From TPA_inf: Saccharomyces (Eukaryota): DNA of 64,000 nt. The position numbers and the translations under genes were made by a program. The stretch is from the NCBI GenBank assembly GCA_000146045.2, contig BK006938.2, positions 928,001 through 992,000 of the forward strand. The letters are read 5' to 3'. The first letter of the stretch is position 1. Every line of letters begins with the position of its first letter. The notes under the pieces were generated by a model. That model was not told the origin of the DNA. It ran no database searches and worked only from the letters and a program-made list of their open reading frames with translations. This document shows, in pieces, positions 1-9,894 of this stretch.

Positions 1-1098
1 GTAGCCAACGATGCCGTCTTATCCCTACTGGGTCAAAAGATGAAGGACTTGGTGATTTTCTCCGACGAACTCAACCATGCGTCCATGATTGTCGGTATTA
101 AGCATGCTAACGTAAAAAAACACATTTTCAAACATAATGACTTGAACGAATTGGAACAACTGCTCCAGTCATACCCCAAATCCGTTCCTAAACTAATTGC
201 TTTCGAATCAGTATATTCTATGGCCGGTTCAGTGGCCGACATAGAAAAAATTTGCGACTTGGCCGACAAATACGGTGCTTTGACCTTCTTGGATGAAGTA
301 CATGCGGTCGGCCTGTACGGCCCTCACGGTGCAGGTGTTGCAGAACATTGTGATTTTGAAAGTCACCGTGCAAGTGGTATTGCTACCCCAAAGACCAATG
401 ACAAGGGCGGCGCGAAGACTGTGATGGACCGTGTCGACATGATCACCGGCACTTTAGGTAAGTCTTTCGGTAGCGTAGGTGGCTACGTCGCAGCCTCTAG
501 GAAATTGATCGATTGGTTCAGATCGTTTGCACCTGGTTTCATTTTCACCACGACTTTACCACCTTCAGTTATGGCAGGCGCTACCGCAGCAATTAGATAC
601 CAACGTTGCCACATCGACCTAAGAACCTCGCAACAGAAACATACCATGTACGTAAAGAAAGCTTTCCATGAGTTGGGCATTCCAGTTATTCCAAATCCTT
701 CTCATATCGTCCCAGTGTTGATTGGTAATGCTGATTTGGCTAAGCAAGCTTCTGACATCTTAATCAATAAGCATCAAATCTACGTACAAGCTATCAACTT
801 CCCTACGGTTGCTCGCGGTACCGAAAGATTGAGAATTACCCCAACGCCAGGTCACACCAACGATTTATCTGACATCTTAATCAATGCAGTTGATGATGTG
901 TTCAATGAGCTACAGTTACCACGTGTCAGAGACTGGGAAAGCCAAGGTGGCTTATTGGGTGTTGGAGAGAGCGGATTTGTGGAAGAGTCTAACTTATGGA
1001 CATCAAGCCAACTATCTTTAACTAATGACGACTTGAACCCTAATGTTAGAGACCCCATCGTTAAACAACTAGAGGTTTCTAGTGGTATCAAGCAGTAA
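1..1098 (+). CDS. HEM1: 5-aminolevulinate synthase, C-terminal ~365 codons (5' end lies upstream of window); stop TAA 1096-1098
   Basis: Frame 1 is open from base 1 ([16 protein letters not shown]...). The translation matches the ALAS PLP-dependent family and ends ...SSGIKQ as in yeast Hem1. Confidence 0.9.
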   Translation, partial: VANDAVLSLLGQKMKDLVIFSDELNHASMIVGIKHANVKKHIFKHNDLNELEQLLQSYPKSVPKLIAFESVYSMAGSVADIEKICDLADKYGALTFLDEVHAVGLYGPHGAGVAEHCDFESHRASGIATPKTNDKGGAKTVMDRVDMITGTLGKSFGSVGGYVAASRKLIDWFRSFAPGFIFTTTLPPSVMAGATAAIRYQRCHIDLRTSQQKHTMYVKKAFHELGIPVIPNPSHIVPVLIGNADLAKQASDILINKHQIYVQAINFPTVARGTERLRITPTPGHTNDLSDILINAVDDVFNELQLPRVRDWESQGGLLGVGESGFVEESNLWTSSQLSLTNDDLNPNVRDPIVKQLEVSSGIKQ

Positions 1099-1469
1099 AA
1101 CAACCAATATATGCATGGGCTGAGATAGAGGTACAAGGAATTTGTAAATCAGTAAAAAAAAAAATTAACAGTTTTTTTTTTTCATTTTTTTTTTTTATTC
1201 TTATTTATGTATGATACTTTATTATTATTTCTCTTAATTATTTATTTATTTAACTAACACGATGAGCACTTTTAACTGCAATGGTTAAACTGTAGCAATG
1301 TTGGTAAAAAAGCAGGGAAAGTTCAAAAATAATTTATGTATTTTTCCTCGGGGGTACAGAAAGTAAAGAGAGAGAAACGTATGAGTATATATAGGCTAAT
1401 GTAATATGTAGTGGTAAATAAAGAGACAAAAGTTAGCTATTCTTGTTTGAAATGAAAAAAAAAAAGCAC

Positions 1470-2357
1470 TCAAGCGTTGTTTTTTTCCAATTCATTTTGC
1501 AAGTTTTTTGTACTTTTCTTCAATTCATTAGACAATTCATCGACGTTAAATTCTTGGGTAGTGGAAGGTTCGTGTTGTGGAACTTCTGGCATAACTTGAG
1601 CTGAAGATGTGTAAGCCTTAGACTCTGGTTCCAATGGAACATCAGCGGCCAACTTAGAAGTGCTGGCGGTTTGAGGACCGGCAGTAGAAGACACAGGAGC
1701 AGTCTTAGATTTGACCAAGTTGGAAATTGGGCCCAATTTAGATTCAACCTTGTCCAAGTATGGTTTTGTCTTTTCGCAAGCCATTTGAGAAAACTCTTGG
1801 GTCTTTTGCTTAGAAATTTCTACACCTTGAGCGACAGTAGCATCAATTTCATGCTTGTAGGAATGGTAGATAACTGGCAAAGTGAAGGTAAAAATGTCAG
1901 CAACAAAGACGATGGTCCAGATAGAGAACCAGGAGAAGAATTTGTGTAGTAGAAATAAGGCAACAGCGGTCTTGAAAGTGTGCTTAGGGACTTGAGCGAA
2001 TACAGTCTTTCTTATGTGGGCTTGGAAGACTGGTAGCTGTTTCAAAGCTTCATCGATATGAGGCTTAATAAAGCCGGCGATATTTGGACATTCTTTAGGA
2101 CCATACTTGGTGATTAAACCTTGTCCCAAAAAGAGCTTGGATACGAATTCAATAGATCCTGTTGTGAATAAGATAGTGTAGGCAACCTTCAAAAAGAAAG
2201 TGATCAAGTTAACTTTTTTCAAAATTAACAAGGCTAACAGAGACCCACCGAAATATTTACCGGTTTGAACAGGGTTCCTCCATAATAGCAAATCGCAATT
2301 ACAGCTTTTTTGTTGTTGTTGTTGTTGGGCTTGGCTATGTTGAGCTGAGGCGGACAT
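1470..2357 (-). CDS. RTN1: Reticulon, ER membrane-shaping protein, 295 aa
   Basis: ORF of 295 aa with N-terminal polyQ and the hydrophobic reticulon-homology hairpins; recognised as yeast Rtn1; position after HEM1 fits the known gene order. Confidence 0.9.
   Translation of the reverse strand: MSASAQHSQAQQQQQQKSCNCDLLLWRNPVQTGKYFGGSLLALLILKKVNLITFFLKVAYTILFTTGSIEFVSKLFLGQGLITKYGPKECPNIAGFIKPHIDEALKQLPVFQAHIRKTVFAQVPKHTFKTAVALFLLHKFFSWFSIWTIVFVADIFTFTLPVIYHSYKHEIDATVAQGVEISKQKTQEFSQMACEKTKPYLDKVESKLGPISNLVKSKTAPVSSTAGPQTASTSKLAADVPLEPESKAYTSSAQVMPEVPQHEPSTTQEFNVDELSNELKKSTKNLQNELEKNNA
2310..2327 (-). repeat. (CAA)6 trinucleotide repeat encoding Q6 near the RTN1 N-terminus
   Basis: Plus strand shows TTGTTGTTGTTGTTGTTG; protein shows QAQQQQQQK. 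Confidence 0.9.
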
Positions 2358-2964
2358 ATTTGCGTGTGTGAATATATATTATATATATATACGCTTGCGG
2401 GTAGGAAGAAACAATTAAATATTTGGCTTGAGAGTTGAAAAGAAAGAGATCAAGAAAAGGGAATTGTTGAATAAAAATTTGAAAAATGCGAAGTTGAAGT
2501 GCCATAGAAGAGAAACAGCCCACACAGGGGAGAAGCCCACTGGAAAGGGGGCACTGACCAACTTTAAATAGGAAACAGAAGATACCACAAGCCAGCGATA
2601 CAACAGCACCAAACACCGAAAAGAATAGCCAAAGCTGTCCTCTGGTGTTGGAAAAACTGGAAAAAACGCAACTGCGTTGGCTGCTACGGTGAAAAATTTT
2701 CCTATGACTTTTTTCACTGCTTGTTCGTGCGAAATTACCGCAAACCCGGTAAAATGTACACGTATCAAGTGATAAACAATTTCGTGTCAAGTGAGCAGAA
2801 TGGAGCGATTTGGAAAAAAAAAATTTTTATTGTTTTTTCCCCCGGGATTTTGCTCGAGATGACTGAAATTTTGTAATCGATGAGTCTATACCAGAGGCAG
2901 CAAATATCACCAACATACACAGGTATACACAATCTCATGTCCACACACACGTACAGACACGCAC

Positions 2965-2986
2965 ATATATATATATATATATATAT
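2965..2986. repeat. (AT)11 dinucleotide microsatellite adjacent to a CA-rich tract (2941-2964)
   Basis: cacacacgtacagacacgcacATATATATATATATATATATAT in the RTN1-LYS4 intergenic region. Confidence 0.9.
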
Positions 2987-3128
2987 CCCCATAGGTATTT
3001 ATATATACAAAAGAATCCTCGTGTGTTTGTGTGTGCAATAGCTAGTTTTGCGCTGCCTCTTATAGTAGACAATATCACTTTTTCAATAAAATAGAACTTG
3101 CAAGGAAACAAAATTGTATCGCTTCAAG

Positions 3129-5210
3129 ATGCTACGATCAACCACATTTACTCGTTCGTTCCACAGTTCTAGGGCCTGGTTGAAAGGTCAGAACCTAACT
3201 GAAAAAATTGTTCAGTCGTATGCGGTCAACCTTCCCGAGGGTAAAGTTGTGCATTCTGGTGACTATGTATCGATCAAGCCGGCACACTGTATGTCCCACG
3301 ATAATTCGTGGCCTGTAGCTTTGAAATTCATGGGGCTTGGCGCTACCAAGATCAAGAATCCTTCACAGATTGTGACCACTCTGGACCACGATATTCAGAA
3401 CAAATCAGAGAAAAATTTGACCAAGTACAAGAACATCGAAAATTTTGCTAAGAAACACCATATAGACCACTACCCTGCCGGTAGAGGTATTGGTCATCAA
3501 ATTATGATTGAGGAGGGCTATGCTTTCCCCTTGAACATGACTGTCGCATCTGACTCGCATTCAAACACCTACGGTGGTCTGGGGTCGCTGGGCACTCCAA
3601 TAGTGAGAACAGACGCTGCAGCCATATGGGCCACGGGACAGACGTGGTGGCAGATCCCACCAGTGGCTCAGGTTGAGTTGAAAGGTCAATTGCCTCAGGG
3701 TGTTTCCGGAAAAGATATCATTGTCGCATTATGTGGGCTTTTCAACAATGATCAAGTTCTAAATCACGCCATTGAATTCACGGGTGACTCTTTGAATGCA
3801 TTGCCTATCGATCACAGACTCACTATTGCTAACATGACCACCGAGTGGGGGGCTCTTTCTGGTTTGTTCCCCGTGGACAAAACTTTGATCGACTGGTATA
3901 AAAACCGTTTGCAAAAGCTGGGCACCAATAATCATCCAAGGATTAATCCAAAGACTATCCGCGCACTAGAAGAAAAGGCGAAGATTCCGAAAGCAGACAA
4001 GGATGCACATTATGCCAAGAAACTGATCATCGATCTAGCCACGCTAACTCACTACGTCTCAGGTCCAAATAGTGTTAAGGTCTCCAACACCGTGCAAGAT
4101 CTATCTCAACAAGACATCAAGATAAATAAAGCTTATCTAGTGTCATGTACAAACTCCCGTCTATCTGATTTGCAATCTGCAGCGGATGTGGTTTGTCCTA
4201 CTGGAGACTTAAACAAAGTCAACAAGGTGGCTCCAGGTGTGGAGTTCTATGTCGCTGCTGCCTCTTCAGAAATTGAGGCTGATGCCCGTAAATCAGGCGC
4301 TTGGGAAAAGCTGCTAAAGGCTGGCTGTATCCCACTGCCTTCTGGTTGTGGTCCATGCATCGGTCTAGGTGCGGGATTACTGGAACCAGGTGAAGTTGGT
4401 ATCAGTGCCACAAACAGAAACTTCAAAGGTAGAATGGGTTCCAAGGATGCATTGGCTTACTTAGCTTCCCCTGCTGTAGTCGCCGCTTCTGCCGTGCTGG
4501 GTAAGATTAGTTCTCCTGCTGAGGTATTGTCCACAAGCGAAATTCCATTCAGCGGCGTTAAGACTGAGATAATTGAGAATCCCGTGGTTGAAGAGGAAGT
4601 TAACGCTCAAACAGAGGCTCCAAAACAATCCGTTGAGATATTAGAAGGTTTCCCAAGAGAGTTTTCTGGTGAATTAGTTTTATGTGATGCCGATAACATC
4701 AATACCGATGGTATATATCCTGGTAAGTACACTTATCAGGATGATGTGCCTAAAGAAAAGATGGCGCAAGTTTGTATGGAAAATTATGATGCCGAGTTCA
4801 GAACCAAGGTTCATCCAGGTGATATAGTGGTCAGTGGGTTCAATTTCGGTACCGGTTCCTCCAGGGAACAAGCGGCCACCGCCTTATTGGCTAAAGGTAT
4901 CAACTTAGTTGTTTCAGGATCTTTTGGTAATATTTTTTCAAGAAACTCCATTAACAATGCTCTTCTGACCTTGGAAATCCCAGCATTAATCAAAAAATTA
5001 CGTGAGAAATATCAAGGTGCTCCAAAAGAACTTACAAGAAGAACTGGTTGGTTTTTGAAATGGGATGTAGCTGATGCTAAAGTGGTCGTTACCGAAGGTT
5101 CTTTGGACGGCCCTGTGATCTTGGAGCAAAAAGTGGGTGAGCTAGGTAAGAACCTACAAGAAATTATTGTAAAAGGAGGCTTGGAAGGTTGGGTCAAATC
5201 CCAACTATAA
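3129..5210 (+). CDS. LYS4: Homoaconitase (lysine biosynthesis), mitochondrial, 693 aa from second in-frame ATG
   Basis: Aconitase-family translation with Fe-S cysteines ([15 protein letters not shown]); N-terminus [17 protein letters not shown] is a typical mitochondrial presequence. The ORF track starts 5 codons earlier, at 3114. Confidence 0.9.
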
Positions 5211-5503
5211 TGTGCATAAATATCTAGAAAAATCGCACCCTTTTCTTTATTTATTAAGTTTATTTATTTATTTACGGTTATTCACGTATATTTTGTTAAT
5301 CTATTGATACACAAGTTCTTATTTGTAATTTTTCTACTTCTTTTCATTAAATTTCAAAGATGCTCTTGTGACGTCCAAAACCAGTGTCTGACCTAAAGCC
5401 CGTGGGAAAAACAACGTAAATTTCTACATAAAAAAGTCAAGTAGGCGCTCGAAAGAGTTTCAGAAAATACCCAGCTGACCATTAACTGAAGTAGCAAACA
5501 TCT

Positions 5504-7138
5504 ATGGATAAATATACTGCTTTGATTCACGATGAGAATTTTTCAACTCTTACATTGAATGTCTCGAGATACCCTAAAAGTTTGGCATATTGGGAGAAGT
5601 TACTGAACTATATAGTAAAGGCTTCGGCACCAATATGCAAGTCCACTGAGCCTCAATTATTAAAGTTAATACGATGTACTTATTCTTCTATGCTGAATGA
5701 GTTTCCCTATCTAGAAAACTACTATATCGACTTCGCGCTACTGGAATACAAACTAGGGAATGTTTCTATGTCTCATAAGATATTTCAGCGCGGATTGCAA
5801 GCCTTTAACCAAAGATCTTTACTATTATGGACTTCATATTTAAAGTTTTGTAATAACGTTATCTCACACCAGAAGCAGTTGTTTAAAAAATATGAAACAG
5901 CTGAAGAATATGTTGGTTTGCATTTTTTCAGTGGGGAATTCTGGGATTTATACCTGGAACAAATTAGCTCAAGATGTACGTCTTCTAAGAAATATTGGAA
6001 CGTTTTGAGGAAGATACTCGAAATTCCTTTACACTCTTTTTCGAAATTTTATGCATTATGGTTACAGCGCATAGACGATATAATGGACCTAAAGCAATTA
6101 TCACAACTAACAAGTAAAGATGAATTATTGAAGAAACTCAAGATAGACATCAATTACAGTGGAAGAAAGGGACCGTACCTGCAGGATGCAAAGAAAAAGT
6201 TGAAGAAAATAACGAAGGAAATGTACATGGTTGTACAATATCAAGTACTTGAAATCTATTCCATTTTTGAATCAAAAATTTATATCAACTATTATACATC
6301 GCCAGAAACCTTGGTTTCTTCAGATGAAATAGAAACATGGATAAAATACTTGGATTATACCATCACCTTACAAACAGATTCTTTAACACATTTAAATTTT
6401 CAAAGAGCTTTACTTCCTCTGGCCCATTATGATCTTGTATGGATAAAATACAGTAAATGGTTGATAAATTCAAAAAATGACCTTTTGGGGGCAAAAAACG
6501 TTCTATTAATGGGTCTTAAATTTTCTTTGAAGAAGACCGAAATAATAAAACTACTGTATTCAGTTATTTGCAAGTTAAATGAGTACGTACTTTTGCGAAA
6601 TCTATTGGAAAAAATTGAGTCCTCATATTCCGACAATGTTGAAAACGTTGATGATTTTGAGATATTTTGGGACTATCTTCAGTTCAAAACGTTCTGCCAG
6701 AATTCTCTGTATTCCAGTCGATATTCTGATTCACAATCAAACGGGCTTTTGAATAAGGAGCTGTTTGATAAAGTATGGAAACGTTTGAGTTGTAAAGAAA
6801 AAAAAAGTGGTCAAGAAATTTTATTGAATAACTTAGTACAGTTTTATTCGAAGGATACCGTAGAATTTGTAGAAAAGAACATATTTCAAAAGATAATAGA
6901 ATTTGGTTGGGAGTACTACCTACAGAACGGTATGTTCTGGAACTGTTATTGCCGTTTAATTTATTTCGACACTTCTAGGTCATATTTGGACAAGAGGCAA
7001 TATATTGTCAGAAAAATATGGCCCCAAATAGACAAAAAATTTGCACAGAGCGTCTTGCCGTCTTTAACAGAATTCTGTGAGTCATACTTCCCAGAGGAGA
7101 TGGATACATTAGAGGAAATGTTTACTGAAGAACCTTAG
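5504..7138 (+). CDS. PRP42: U1 snRNP protein, HAT/TPR-repeat splicing factor, 544 aa
   Basis: 544-aa ORF recognised as yeast Prp42 (MDKYTALIHDENFSTL...). Confidence 0.88.
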   Translation: MDKYTALIHDENFSTLTLNVSRYPKSLAYWEKLLNYIVKASAPICKSTEPQLLKLIRCTYSSMLNEFPYLENYYIDFALLEYKLGNVSMSHKIFQRGLQAFNQRSLLLWTSYLKFCNNVISHQKQLFKKYETAEEYVGLHFFSGEFWDLYLEQISSRCTSSKKYWNVLRKILEIPLHSFSKFYALWLQRIDDIMDLKQLSQLTSKDELLKKLKIDINYSGRKGPYLQDAKKKLKKITKEMYMVVQYQVLEIYSIFESKIYINYYTSPETLVSSDEIETWIKYLDYTITLQTDSLTHLNFQRALLPLAHYDLVWIKYSKWLINSKNDLLGAKNVLLMGLKFSLKKTEIIKLLYSVICKLNEYVLLRNLLEKIESSYSDNVENVDDFEIFWDYLQFKTFCQNSLYSSRYSDSQSNGLLNKELFDKVWKRLSCKEKKSGQEILLNNLVQFYSKDTVEFVEKNIFQKIIEFGWEYYLQNGMFWNCYCRLIYFDTSRSYLDKRQYIVRKIWPQIDKKFAQSVLPSLTEFCESYFPEEMDTLEEMFTEEP

Positions 7139-7235
7139 CCAAAAGGCATTGTCATTTATTAAAAGGTATAAATATGTAAATGTATACTTAATGACCGTTA
7201 AGAAAAACTACTAGCCTCATCACTCCCGCAGATCT

Positions 7236-7892
7236 CTATAATTGTTGTTTGAATACTTGATACGGTGGAGTGGCAAGGACAGTCTGCGCAGTCCTAATAT
7301 CGATATTGATGTCTTCGATCAGAGCTTCCTTAGTAGTGTAGTTCAATTCGGGTCTGATATGACCTAAAATATTGAACTTGACCCTGGCCCCATAAAAATC
7401 ATTTTTAAAATCATGTATAATATGTAATTCCATGGTTTTGAAATCATTTCCGTAGAATGGATTTTTCCCAACTGAAAGTACCATAGGAAGTACGGACAAA
7501 TCATCGTTCGCTTCACTTAAATATTGACCGTAATTATAAACCACAGTTCTTCCATCCCGCCTTGTTTCCACCGATAGTTCTTGACCATCAACAGTTTTAA
7601 TGTGAGCAAACCCAAAGTAAACCCCTAAATCCAAATCGTTGATACCTTTAGGTAACTGATTTATAGGTACATTGGCAGTGGGAATACCCAATTCGGCGGA
7701 TCCGCGGCCAAATCCACATACAATGTCACAATAGTCAGTAACAAGCGGGAATGGTGGACCTGGTTGCGCAGGTATTGGCAAATCGACTTCTCGTTTAAAA
7801 GTATCAATTATATCTGTATTCGTATTTCGGTTCATTAAGAAAGTACCTGCTAACACTAGCAATAACGAAACATAAATAGTCCACGTAAACAT
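7236..7892 (-). CDS. FMN1: Riboflavin kinase, 218 aa from internal Met (ORF track extends 12 codons further, to 7928)
   Basis: Translation MFTWTIYVSLLLVLAGTF... shows an N-terminal membrane anchor and a riboflavin-kinase core (GRGSAELGIPTAN); matches yeast Fmn1. Confidence 0.85.
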   Translation of the reverse strand: MFTWTIYVSLLLVLAGTFLMNRNTNTDIIDTFKREVDLPIPAQPGPPFPLVTDYCDIVCGFGRGSAELGIPTANVPINQLPKGINDLDLGVYFGFAHIKTVDGQELSVETRRDGRTVVYNYGQYLSEANDDLSVLPMVLSVGKNPFYGNDFKTMELHIIHDFKNDFYGARVKFNILGHIRPELNYTTKEALIEDINIDIRTAQTVLATPPYQVFKQQL

Positions 7893-8575
7893 CAACACTT
7901 CAACAACACGTGTCTGTGACCGCTTCACGGGTCCAAATTACCACTTTCTAGAACATTGTCTTGTACGTCCAATAATAGTGTTACCAATGCTGACAGAGTA
8001 TTAAAGCAACGATTTGAATTGACGCATTACCCTCCTGCATAAAGGACTACAAATACATCCTCTCTTATAACGCAATTGCAACATCTGAAGTGCAGTGTGA
8101 TCAAGATATTCAATTCTCTATTAGAGTAACTTAATCATGTTTCACATGATCAGTATTCATTGTAAAACCTCTTGAGTGTGATTCGTTGCCAACTAACATA
8201 AGCGTGCGGATTCTTTAGAAAGTGGGTGTGCCGACCCTGGGAAAGATTGCATAATGTGAATCCTTAATGACTTACCCATACTCTTCATTAATAACCTATT
8301 TAGAAAAAGAAGAAAGGCTGTTTCGGAGCTCCTTTTGTGCTGTTTGCAAACTGTCTATTTTCGCATCAAGTTTTACCCATCTACTACTTTATTCGCTTTA
8401 CGGTAAAAGCGAACACGACAAAATCACCTATCATCTACGAAGGGCCTTTCGAAAACAGAAGAATAAAAAGACAGGAAAAGCATCTGTTTAGAATTTTATA
8501 ACTAATTTGGGGAGGTATCTGTAAAGTAATAGACAGGACCGGAAATAGTGTAAATACTCTCCTTTGTTTTTTTAG

Positions 8576-9493
<918 letters not shown>

Positions 9494-9894
9494 GAATACA
9501 ATCTCATGGTCCTGGCCAGTTAGCCATGCTCTATGGCAGAAAGGCAAAGGGCATATATAATTTCCCATTCGTCATGTAAATATATAAACTGTACAAGATA
9601 CTATCTCTCTCCATTTTTCAATCATATAGTTCTCTTTGGGGCACTGAGATGTCTACAAATTGTTATAAAATTGGACGTCTCTTACACAACTCACAACTCA
9701 ACTCTGTATAAAGATTTTTAGGAAAGAAAATGTACATAAAAGTGAATACTTGTTTAAAAATGAGAACAAAGATTCCTACGCAATTAAAATCTATTTAAAG
9801 ATTTTCCTTATTTTTTTATTTCTTTTCGAATTTTTTAAGTTTTATTCTTATCTCCTTTGACATTATAACTTACATTGCATCAGCTCAGGGTGGT

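Noticed and set aside
33-1136. Minus-strand ORFs inside HEM1 (33-269, 483-680, 852-1136) and similar antisense ORFs inside LYS4, SEC26, YDR239C, AMD2, PRP28, PEX5, MNN10, PAM1, CTA1, RKM4, HSP78, EXG2
   Set aside because: They are short, embedded antisense in well-supported genes, with no domains and biased composition; typical six-frame noise.
1332-1342. Possible ARS consensus (ATTTATGTATT, 10 of 11 match to WTTTAYRTTTW) in the AT-rich HEM1/RTN1 3' intergenic region
   Set aside because: Single-mismatch ACS matches occur by chance every few hundred bp in AT-rich yeast DNA. With no B-element evidence and no way to check origin maps, it is not supportable.
2838-2847. Lys14-like site TCCCCCGGGA upstream of LYS4
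   Set aside because: The consensus TCCRNYGGA has a 3-bp spacer and this has 4; the near-match is noted in a finding but not called as a feature.
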